This document shows positions 1 through 9,416 of a stretch of 64,000 nucleotides of DNA, in pieces. The stretch lies in sequence record PQ390715.1. One strand, 5' to 3'. Made by a program: the position numbers and the translations under genes. Below the pieces are notes generated by a model, which was given only the letters and a program-made list of their open reading frames with translations, ran no database searches and was not told the origin of the DNA. Position 1 is the stretch's first letter; each line of letters opens with the position of its first letter.

Positions 1-46
1 TAATATTTCCTATCATTTGTTAAAGTGGATTTCGTTTGATATAAAC

Positions 47-74
47 ATTATACAGTACTGATATCTTATGTCAA
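47..74 (-). promoter_or_regulatory. sigma70-type promoter with CAGTACTG palindrome in the spacer
   Basis: Minus strand TTGACA-taagatatcagtactg-TATAAT (16-nt spacer). Confidence 0.8.
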
Positions 75-77
75 GTA

Positions 78-161
78 TTAATCACTAAAAATCATCAGAT
101 ACCCAAACCAACCCACACAGACGACTAAGCTAACAATACCAAAGACAATCTCTAAAGTCAT
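78..161 (-). CDS. 27-aa single-TM peptide (not in ORF track)
   Basis: MTLEIVFGIVSLVVCVGWFGYLMIFSD; AAGGA RBS upstream; same strand as neighbours. Confidence 0.5.
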   Translation of the reverse strand: MTLEIVFGIVSLVVCVGWFGYLMIFSD

Positions 162-170
162 GTTGTATCC

Positions 171-564
171 TTAATCAACGATTTTATATTCACGATGACC
201 ATAGAATCCAGCCTCAAGGATGCGATTACCATCAGCATCTTCCAAATCCCACCCACGGGATGTTTCGGCAATAATAGTCATGATGTGACCTCTTGGGAAA
301 ATTCCACTCATGGTGGATACATCTTCAAGTAATTGAACTTTCTTACCAACATTGGAATTCGGTTTAAACATTTTATGGCCCTTATTCATTGATCACATCA
401 AGTACTTTATCCAGCTTTTTACCAATGCTTTCCTTTGGTTTCTCACCATTCTGGAATACATTAGTACTGCAATACTCAGGACGCGTATTAGGAAACTTCT
501 CGTTCATCCAGGAGTGACCGTAAACACCCAGCATGATGCCAACGATAAGAATGATAATTTGCAT
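171..564 (-). CDS. two small hypothetical proteins (171-389; 382-564 with N-terminal TM)
   Basis: Overlapping, translationally coupled minus-strand ORFs. Confidence 0.7.
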
Positions 565-579
565 GATAATTTCCTCTGA

Positions 580-1368
580 TTAAATGTTAGTAGTATAGTA
601 CTTGATTTCGTTTTGAATTGCAAGTTCTATTTGTTTATTGAAAAGAATTCCAAACTCTTTGATTGATTCACAATCGAATTCAATAGAAAAAGTATACTCT
701 GGTATACGTACATTGTCAATACCCAAATACTCTTTTATGTAAATTTTAATGAGTTCACATAGTGCAGTACTAAGACATTGAATTTCAAAATGTTTTGCAC
801 CTTTGTCAAAATACTTGAATGCATCAATATCACCTACAATAAAACTATTCTTTAATGTAGTGAATAGGTTCTCAGGAAACACGGTAATAGGTGACATTGA
901 TTTAAGAATGTATGTATCTTTGGCATTCTTAATGTACTCAATGAAGCAGTAGTTAACGTCAGGCTCGATTGAACGATCCGCGTTATGATACCAGTGTTTA
1001 AACTCACTGTATTCAGCAAACTTATGCTGGCGTAATGCGTTACAATCTTCACACAGTGCAGTCATGTTCTCTTTATCATTACCGCCCTGAAGACAGTCAA
1101 GTACATTATGGTCTAACGTCATGCGTACAAGGCGTTTCCCTTTAAGTACATAAGGTCTGAATTTATAACGTTCTTTAGTACTGTGCTTATGTAAAGTGAA
1201 TACCACATTGGATTCACCACAACAATCACATTTAAAGCCATCACGTGACATTACATGAATGAGTTTTCGAGTATTTGGACCAAACTCTGATTTGGTAATG
1301 TTACCTACAATTTCTGATGGTTGGTAATATTTTGAATTCCGTCGAATCAGTTCATCTATAGTGCTCAT
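580..1368 (-). CDS. HNH endonuclease-domain protein
   Basis: CDCC zinc knuckle, then TLDHNVLDCLQGGNDKENMTALCEDCN (HNH/His-Me motif). Confidence 0.8.
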   Translation of the reverse strand: MSTIDELIRRNSKYYQPSEIVGNITKSEFGPNTRKLIHVMSRDGFKCDCCGESNVVFTLHKHSTKERYKFRPYVLKGKRLVRMTLDHNVLDCLQGGNDKENMTALCEDCNALRQHKFAEYSEFKHWYHNADRSIEPDVNYCFIEYIKNAKDTYILKSMSPITVFPENLFTTLKNSFIVGDIDAFKYFDKGAKHFEIQCLSTALCELIKIYIKEYLGIDNVRIPEYTFSIEFDCESIKEFGILFNKQIELAIQNEIKYYTTNI

Positions 1369-1369
1369 T

Positions 1370-1806
1370 TTACATTAATCCTTCTATGCTACAACCAATA
1401 AGTACTTTTTTCACTTCAATAACTCGTACCAAATAGAATCCATTTGAAAAGTTAAAACTATACATTTGTACTAAGGCATCTGCTTCAGATTTCGCACGGA
1501 TACATGATAGATAAATTTCACGTATATCACCATCCAACGATACTTGTTTCTCTGCACTGATGACAATAGAACGAATCTCAAAACGAACGCCATAACTCAT
1601 TGAGTTTGTCCTACAATAAGCTTTGTGTTAGTATTACTATTGTAACACCACATTTGTTCTTTATTAACTGTAATCCAAATATCTTTGTTTACTTGTTCGT
1701 ATGTACTATCACGTACTGCTATACATTGATTCATGGAATTCATTGGGGTTATTTGTACACCGGAATTAACAGAAAAAGCTATTACTAAAAAGATTACTGA
1801 ATTCAT
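1370..1806 (-). CDS. two small hypothetical proteins (1370-1600; 1597-1806 with signal-peptide-like N-terminus)
   Basis: ATGA overlap; promoter at 1871-1899 upstream. Confidence 0.7.
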
Positions 1807-1870
1807 TGGATATTCCTTAATGGTTAATCATCCATCTCTTCGAGATGTCTGTTCGCTTCTAATACTACGT

Positions 1871-1899
1871 ATTCTACGCGAATGATTAATAACTGTCAA
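1871..1899 (-). promoter_or_regulatory. sigma70-type promoter
   Basis: TTGACA-17 nt-TAGAAT on minus strand. Confidence 0.8.
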
Positions 1900-1904
1900 G
1901 GACT

Positions 1905-2390
1905 TTTAATATTGACGGGATTTGAGGAAGGGATTTTTCTTCCCCCCCACAAGGAGGGAAATTTGACGCTGATGGTATCAGAGCTATTGCATTGAAGATT
2001 ACTCATAACGAGTGCGAAAGCGGGTCATCCTGTTTCTCTCTACTTCAGTTTCATATGACGGTCTACACTTTTAAACATAGTGTATCTTCATTAAGTATCT
2101 ATGCAATCAAATACTTAATGTGAGTACTCAAATTTTGGACGCAACTTTCCTGTACAAAATTCGATAACTCTCCCTTAGATAATTCGTAAGGTGTTATCCT
2201 TATATGTCTATCAAGGAACCACCAGCTATCCTAACGTGGTTCTTTATACAGCCGCATTGCCGTGAGGGGTTCAAACTATGCCCACATCTAACGGGTTTCT
2301 TTTGCTGTTCGCACTGTCGGACTGCTCAACTGCCCTCTACGTTTTCGAGTGGATCAGGTACATGAATATCATGCCAACAGAATTGTACAA
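1905..2390 (-). ncRNA. candidate ~480-nt structured non-coding RNA
   Basis: No ORF >=60 aa; own extended -10 (TGATATAAT, 2395-2403) just after the sigma-gene terminator; many stems, e.g. GAACCAC/GTGGTTC 2216-2242, GATAAC/GTTATC 2163-2198, ATTAAGTAT/ATACTTAAT 2090-2119, TACACT/AGTGTA 2064-2084. Confidence 0.55.
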
Positions 2391-2424
2391 GATAATTATA
2401 TCACAAACTTTTACTTCATCCCAT

Positions 2425-2452
2425 AAAAAAAGGTTGGCATAAGCCAACCCTT
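2425..2452 (-). terminator. intrinsic terminator of sigma gene
   Basis: GGTTGGC-ttat-GCCAACC then T7 on minus strand. Confidence 0.85.
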
Positions 2453-2457
2453 GTTCT

Positions 2458-3423
2458 TTAGAAATCTTCGTATTCGTACCCTTTTGCAAGTACTAACTTC
2501 TTAAGCTTTTGCATAGCTTCACTGTACTTTCGGTGTATTGATGAACGGGATTTAACATATTTTCCATTATCATCAACAAAACCATTATCAGCAATCTCAC
2601 GAAGCGTTTCAGGTTCATATTCACCTAGACCATGAACACGCTGGATAATCTCACGTTCTTTAGTACTCAATTCGTTAGTTAGTTCATTGATAGCATAACG
2701 TAAAGGTGCACGGATACTATCAACATTGAGGTTAAAATCAGAAGCAGGTGAATGAATAATGTCACCTAATGTACCATCTGTAACACCGTCTAATGGTGCA
2801 TCCAGTGAAGTGTATTCGCTTTGAAATAATAAACAATTATTAACATGCTGAATCTCAATCCCAGTACCCTCTGAGATTATTTCAGGTGTTGGGCGAACAC
2901 CATGTTTACGCATATATTCCTGGCAGAATCTTTTTACTTTGATCTTATGAACACTCATATAACGTGGGAAGTGTACCATATAGTTAGCGTCAGAACTTTC
3001 GTTATAGACTGTCATGTAAATACTAGAAGAAGCATAGGTAATGAACTTAACATTCTTATTAAGATCAAAGGTTTTTAGTGCTCTCATGAACCCCTCAACA
3101 CCATATGAAATCTTATCTTCAAATGGGATATAACAAGTACATTTACTTGCTACATCAATAATCAGTCCATAATTGTAACGAACTAACAGTTCAGTGTTTT
3201 TCTTTACATTGATACCAGCTTGAATATCACGAATTAGATCTTCATTGGAAACATTTGGTGGTCGCTTAAGTGTAATATTATATTTGAAACTGCTTTGTAC
3301 TTTACCTTCATTATCATCTTTATCTTCAACGAAATCTAAGGCTTCTAGTGTGTTGACTTCTTCATTAGCAAAACATTCATCCAGAACTTCTTCGGCAATT
3401 GTATTTAAATCAAGCTTTTTCAC
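2458..3423 (-). CDS. RNA polymerase sigma70-family (RpoD/RpoS-like) sigma factor
   Basis: Region 2 FDLNKNVKFITYA; region 4 EREIIQRVHGL..ETLREIA HTH. Confidence 0.85.
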   Translation of the reverse strand: MKKLDLNTIAEEVLDECFANEEVNTLEALDFVEDKDDNEGKVQSSFKYNITLKRPPNVSNEDLIRDIQAGINVKKNTELLVRYNYGLIIDVASKCTCYIPFEDKISYGVEGFMRALKTFDLNKNVKFITYASSSIYMTVYNESSDANYMVHFPRYMSVHKIKVKRFCQEYMRKHGVRPTPEIISEGTGIEIQHVNNCLLFQSEYTSLDAPLDGVTDGTLGDIIHSPASDFNLNVDSIRAPLRYAINELTNELSTKEREIIQRVHGLGEYEPETLREIADNGFVDDNGKYVKSRSSIHRKYSEAMQKLKKLVLAKGYEYEDF

Positions 3424-3444
3424 TTACATCTCCTAATGACGAAA

Positions 3445-3942
3445 TCAAAATCGATATACATTAATATTATCATCTGTGAAGCAATCATGGTTGTGCACAT
3501 CCATGAAAGTACTAAACACTTTATCATATAAAGTTGTATGTTCTTCATGAATAGCAGCATCTAGCATGTATTCTCCACCACTTCCCATAAAGAAAGTGTA
3601 GTCTTCATGTAGATATTCAAGTTTTTTAATAAACTTTCCTTTAGTTAAAATCATATGAATAACATAATCTTTAGAAAGAAGCACACAATGGCAACTTAAC
3701 TTTCTGTCAGGTATAACTGGTACTTTATTAATTAACCAATCCAGTACTTTATCAATTTCACTTACTACCCCACTAGCACTGAATAAACGGTCATGTACAT
3801 ATAAAGTTTTTTGATTAACAACTCCATATTGATATTTTGGTCTTAGTGGGAAAAAACCAAATAAGTTTCGTGGTATAGTTGACGTAACTCTAGAATCGGT
3901 AATCAATAAATTTAATCGTTTATCAATATAAACAGTTGTCAT
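3445..3942 (-). CDS. HslV/proteasome-like Ntn peptidase
   Basis: N-terminal M-T-T nucleophile, ITDSRVT and GSGGEY motifs as in HslV (TT..GDGQAT..GSGGPY). Confidence 0.65.
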   Translation of the reverse strand: MTTVYIDKRLNLLITDSRVTSTIPRNLFGFFPLRPKYQYGVVNQKTLYVHDRLFSASGVVSEIDKVLDWLINKVPVIPDRKLSCHCVLLSKDYVIHMILTKGKFIKKLEYLHEDYTFFMGSGGEYMLDAAIHEEHTTLYDKVFSTFMDVHNHDCFTDDNINVYRF

Positions 3943-3943
3943 A

Positions 3944-6900
3944 TTAAACCTTATCTAAGAATTTATCGTATATATAAAATTCTTTATCGGTGAATACATT
4001 AATTCTAGTATCGAATCTTTGCATCGTGTTCATATACAATGAACTTTTTAAATAAAAATACAAAGCAACAAATTCTGATATATGCATATTCTTTTTATTG
4101 TTACATAAATTCTTTAGCATTTTGATGCTATCAAATTCTTCTTTATCAAATCTGTACTGGTAAAAATTATATCTATTGAACTGGCACTCATAGATACGAA
4201 GTGCCATTATATCAATACATGCTTGCGATTTACAGTACTTATTCAATACGTCATAATCACCCGTACATAATGCTACAAAGATTTTATGTGCAAGTGTAGC
4301 TTTTCCTTCAATCGTATGATAACCAAAGAACTTAATGATTAAGTACTGAAGAAATCTAAACATTTTATTTAGAATTTCTCCGAAATTACAAGTGTATCAT
4401 CATAATCATCAGCAATATCATGAAGAACTTTTAAGTTACTTTCACCAGAAACGCTTTTTACTTCGTTCAAAAGATAGTTTAGATCAACTTTAGTTACTTT
4501 TTCTGAATCAAACACACAGAAAGTTAATTCAGCGTTTGGACAGATCTTCTTCAGATTATCAGCAACCACTTGTTTGAAGTTGAAAGATGGGGAAGCAACT
4601 AGGTTAACTGCAACGAGAATAGATTTCATAATGTTTTCCTTTCTAGCTGATAATTAAATTAGGAGCACATTGTACTCCATATTATTTGTTATGTCAAATA
4701 CTTTTAGATACCAAGTGCAGTAGATAACTCTTTACGTTTGTTATATGAATCAGATTCAATCTTACTTTTCTTGTTGAAAAGGGATTCGATATCCTTATAG
4801 ATTGCTTCGATAGATTTAGTTACTACCCATTCTGATTCTTGAAGCATACCTTGGAGTCGTGCGTACTCAACTTTGATAGTACTGCGAAGTTCTTCACAAA
4901 CTTCTTCATTCTTAATTAGTGCAGCACTAAGTTCTTTGACCGTATCGATGTTCATAAGTTCCTTACTCTAATTTGTTTTTAACAAAATAATTATATATAA
5001 CATACTAAATTATGTCAAGTATTTTTAGTACCTTCTTCTGCCATTTTTGTGATATACCAATTAAGTACTGATTTGTGTACCATAAAAAATGTGAATGCAA
5101 ATATAGCAATAGCTGCTGATGTAACACTATTAGATAATGACCCAAGTTGGATGTTAGTACCTAAAATAACAATAAATGGATACAACACAATCAATCTACT
5201 GTAAGGTTCGTCTCCAGTATCACGGAGAAATCCAAGCCTTTCATGATCCGTATCCATAGTGACAATTGGACAGAACATAAGTGCAGACATAAGAGCAATA
5301 CCAATTTGTGCTACATTGGAAATTGTAAACCACAAAGGATTTAAACCATATGAAATATTATTTTCTGTACAGTAGTAACCAAACGAATTGAATGCACAAA
5401 CTAAAAATACAAAAATACAAATCTTATTATAGCCTCTCATTTGTTTAGCTCCGTTAATTTTCGTTTAACTTCTAGATCATGAAACTCATCGGCATATGAG
5501 TTTTGAACAGTTCTGATGTATTCCAACATAACAAACATAGTTCCACATACCCATAGATATGTATAGTAATCAAATACAAATGCATATAACATGCACGGTA
5601 ATAAAATGAAAGTGTAAACAAAACTATATCGTGTAGTTCCAAATACTTTCAGATATAACAAACGTCGATAATCACGGGCAAATGTATTGATGCACACTGA
5701 AAATGTAATTAATGTATACCATGAAATACCCTGAATTAAACCTGAAACATTTACAAGTTTATGTTCATCGGAAAACCCCAGTGCATTTAGCACTGGAGCC
5801 ATAACCCAACCAATAATACCAATAAGAAAAAGATATTTTGCATTACTTAGTGTGAACATATCACTTTAGTCCCCATGCTTTTTTGATTGCATCAACTGAG
5901 TTTTGATCCACTACTTCTTTTTTTTCTGCTGTAGTTTGAAGTTTATTAATTACATATTCCTTTGCATCTTTTTCTATCATAAATTTACCATCAACCAATA
6001 CACCAAAAACTTTAGAATTTCGGGCTGGATATGGATTAATTTCATCAAGAGTACGGACTTTCTTATCAACTATAATGGCTTTGATGTAACCAGTTTCAAG
6101 TACTGTTGTAATCACAGTCATTTCAATTGCAACTGGTGAATCTTCCCAATACGCAATCCATTTAGTAAAGCTACGATCAGGTGAATCTTTTGTGCATTTT
6201 AATTTAATTGCACTATTAAAAATGTATTGTTTAAAATTGTCATCGACAACTTCACTAATACTAAAATAACCTTCACGCTCTTCAACATTACGTTTGAAAT
6301 TTGTAGCTAATACATCCATTTTCCATCCCCCTTGGGTTACTTGGTGTGTTAATTATAATACTAAGAATCTTTGTTGTCAAACTTTTCCCTCAAATATTTT
6401 TCTATTAATCTAATTTGTGTTGGTGGTAAGATAAAGTAATCGTACATAGATTTACTACCATGTATCGAACAACCTACACTAATACTATAATCATATGGAT
6501 ATAAGTATATTGGATCTTGTATATCAGGTATGAAAACTATTCTTGATATATTACCATTTCCTATTCTTACTTGGACGTTATCATTATTATTAAGATAATT
6601 TCTTATACAGTACTCAATTATACCATTTACTTTAGAATCATAACCATAATTTTTATATTCAGGAAAAATGAAATAGCGTTCATGGTATAGATATGAGCAT
6701 AGTAATGCTGGGAAAAAATTCCAAAAACCTTCATGCTTTGCAATTGTTTGTGCATATTTAAAATGATTAGCATTACTAAAAATATTATACAGCACAAAAT
6801 ACACAAATGGACTTACCAACAACACTATTGTTAACATCAGAAGCCTCTGTATTTTTCATACACTTCAACGCATTCCATGATTTTGTCATCGTCCATCATA

Positions 6901-7522
6901 TCATAGCCTTGTAGAAATTCTTCTTTATCAACCTTCCCTGCCATCATATCTGTGTCAGAAATTCTGGAGTCATAGAAGGAATACATATCTTTATAGTACT
7001 GGTTTTTGTGCTGCTCAATCTTTACTTTAGCATATCCAGCACAAAATGAAGGAGATTTAACAACTTCCCATTTATGCTTCTTGATGGGTTTATCATTAGC
7101 ATGTTTTTCCCTGTATGTCTGACGATAACGTTCACGCATTTCAGGCATGTATTCGTCAGCAGTACGTTTAGGGGGAGTTTTACCAGTCCCAATAGTTTTA
7201 ATAGTTTGACGTTGTTCTTCTGCGTGTACTGGGGAAATAAAACATGATGTACCAAACAGTACTGCTACGATAACCATAAAATTCTTAAACATAATCAAAC
7301 CTCTTTTACAATAATATCGATTGATACTGGAATTGCAATTTCACTATTACATGAATACACATCAGCACAGTACTCAATATCTAGAACTTTATAATATTTC
7401 TCAAACCCACAAATGGTAAGATTCAACGTTGACCCAACTACTGGGAGTACAGGAAATGATAAGAACGCAATTTTAGAATGAAATTCTTCATTGATATCTT
7501 GATATACAGTTGCAGTAATCAC
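3944..7522 (-). other. run of 9 hypothetical genes (3944-4363, 4369-4629, 4704-4955, 5015-5440 TM, 5437-5859 TM, 5861-6319, 6361-6837, 6837-7298 signal peptide, 7295-7522)
   Basis: Tightly packed co-oriented ORFs; TTGACA-17-TATAAT promoter near 4991-5019. Confidence 0.75.
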
Positions 7523-8103
7523 AATGGTAACTCCTGTAGTGGTTTCATAATACCGAGTACTGGGTGATTTTCAATCATTGGTCGCCCTGGTACACCAGTG
7601 AGGATAACTGGGATAGAACTAATATCTTTTACATAGTTGAATCCCTCAAACGTGAACTCTTGTTTTTTCTCATTATACAATACCCATAGTATTACGTCAG
7701 CTTTTTTCTGGATATTTTTTAACTGTCGAGTACTAACACATGGTCCAAAGTCAGTCCATGATTTATACTTGATACCTTTTACTTCAATACGAAGGTTGTT
7801 TACCTTAATATCACATTCACCGTCACGTGCTTCATTTTGGAATGCTGGATCGATATTAAGTTTAATACCAGTATTGTTTTCAATTTCATTAAAAAGTACT
7901 AAAGATGCGTGCTCACACACCATACCAACAAAATGACTATGTGCATGATTAAAACCATATGGCGATTTACTTGCTGGAGCCAAAAGTTTATATCTTTCTG
8001 ATTTTTCAATCGCTTTTGCCATAAAGGAATCAGCTTCATCTTTATATAACTTAACAGTCATTTTTCCATTTTTCAGTACTAATCTATTATCAATAACATT
8101 CAT
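7519..8103 (-). CDS. PD-(D/E)XK restriction-endonuclease-like protein
   Basis: DGECDIKVNNLRIEVKG matches D-x(n)-(D/E)xK catalytic pattern. Confidence 0.55.
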   Translation of the reverse strand: MNVIDNRLVLKNGKMTVKLYKDEADSFMAKAIEKSERYKLLAPASKSPYGFNHAHSHFVGMVCEHASLVLFNEIENNTGIKLNIDPAFQNEARDGECDIKVNNLRIEVKGIKYKSWTDFGPCVSTRQLKNIQKKADVILWVLYNEKKQEFTFEGFNYVKDISSIPVILTGVPGRPMIENHPVLGIMKPLQELPL

Positions 8104-8180
8104 AAAAACACCTCATTATTCATTCACTACATGATAACACCAAATCATACACCAGTCAAGCTCATTTTTTGGATATGCAT

Positions 8181-8188
8181 AATAAATA
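8181..8188 (+). promoter_or_regulatory. putative late promoter (TAAATA core)
   Basis: AATAAATA ~30 nt upstream of + strand gene; T4 late consensus is TATAAATA. Confidence 0.5.
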
Positions 8189-8219
8189 CGTTATAATAAT
8201 TATACCAATGGAGGGATAA

Positions 8220-9374
8220 ATGTCAAGGTCAATTGCTGCGGCTGGACGCTATAAGTTTGGTGAATGTGGTTATGTTGTTGATGGTGCAATCCTCAATGAT
8301 GGAACTAGACTAAAAAATATTAGAATCTATCGCCAAAGAAGCCATAGATTATATGATTTAGTTGATCCAAGAACTAATATAATATATCGTAAAGTACAAA
8401 TAACAACTAAAGATAATAAAGGTTATCTATTAAATTACAATAAAACTAATGACCAACTATTAAGTGAAATTAATAAAAATTGTTTCTTTGTTCGTGGATA
8501 TTCTGAAGAGCCACAAGAAACTGATACTGGATTTGTATATAAATTTATGCTACATAAAACAATTTTAGGTAGTTCACAAACCTTGTATCATATGTATACA
8601 CCTGAATGTGGTATTATAGATCGTGATATAGATAATATTCTCATTTCACCAGTATTTGTTGGTAATGACTCAATTAGTGGTAAATTATTCAACACTGGTT
8701 CAGAAATTGATACTAACGGTATGGTAATAACAATCGTATTACCAGACGGGACAGAATACTTTACTACCCAATTTGTTAATGATGCATTTACAATTCCAGT
8801 TGATGTTATCACACAATCAGGGAAAGGTACTGCTACGCTCACTTCTCCATATTATAACACTAAAGTGGTGGAATTTGATGTTCTTGAAAGTGGTGAGGAT
8901 ATTGATTTTGTTACATCAGTTCTTCTATCCCAATTTGAACCTGTTTCGGAAGGTGTATTTTCTGCGGTTGTTCCATTTGATGTTCATGATCGTGGACAGT
9001 ACTTAGCACTTCAAGCATACAGTGGTGACTTATATCAAGTTGGTGTAGATCTTTCTGTAGACGCAGAAGGTAATATTACTGTGTATCAAACTGATAATTT
9101 ACCTGTTTCTTTGAGTATAATCGGAAAAACACTGCATACTACTCCTTTCCATAAAGAATATACTTTAAGTGAGTGGGTTCTCGGTGAAGACTCTATGTAC
9201 TCTATCTCAGTTCCAGTAACTGAACATGGTAAAGCACTACCACAAGTTCAATTATATTCTTCAGACAATCATGTAGTTCATAGTGAAATACAAGTGGATG
9301 AAGATGATAATGTAATTCTTAAAGTAGTAGAACCGCTTGACTGCTCAGTCGTAATAGTTGGTTACAACGCATAA
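8220..9374 (+). CDS. probable late/virion protein with two tandem ~70-aa beta-rich C-terminal repeats
   Basis: Repeats FSAVVPFDVHD..LQAY..VDAEGNITV..IIG and YSISVPVTEHG..VQLY..VDEDDNVIL..IVG; opposite strand; TAAATA promoter. Confidence 0.6.
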   Translation: MSRSIAAAGRYKFGECGYVVDGAILNDGTRLKNIRIYRQRSHRLYDLVDPRTNIIYRKVQITTKDNKGYLLNYNKTNDQLLSEINKNCFFVRGYSEEPQETDTGFVYKFMLHKTILGSSQTLYHMYTPECGIIDRDIDNILISPVFVGNDSISGKLFNTGSEIDTNGMVITIVLPDGTEYFTTQFVNDAFTIPVDVITQSGKGTATLTSPYYNTKVVEFDVLESGEDIDFVTSVLLSQFEPVSEGVFSAVVPFDVHDRGQYLALQAYSGDLYQVGVDLSVDAEGNITVYQTDNLPVSLSIIGKTLHTTPFHKEYTLSEWVLGEDSMYSISVPVTEHGKALPQVQLYSSDNHVVHSEIQVDEDDNVILKVVEPLDCSVVIVGYNA

Positions 9375-9410
9375 TAAAAAAAGCCACTACATTGTAGTGG
9401 CTTTAATTTT
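9375..9410. terminator. bidirectional intrinsic terminator
   Basis: AAGCCACTAC/GTAGTGGCTT hairpin flanked by A and T tracts between convergent genes. Confidence 0.85.
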
Positions 9411-9416
9411 ATCTAA

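Noticed and set aside
580-1368. IscB/Cas9-like OMEGA nuclease
   Set aside because: No split RuvC motifs, PLMP N-terminus or Arg-rich bridge helix visible.
1905-2390. tmRNA, RNase P RNA or group I/II intron
   Set aside because: No tRNA-like acceptor/T-arm with CCA, no GAGGAAAGUCC-type P4 motif, and no interrupted host gene.
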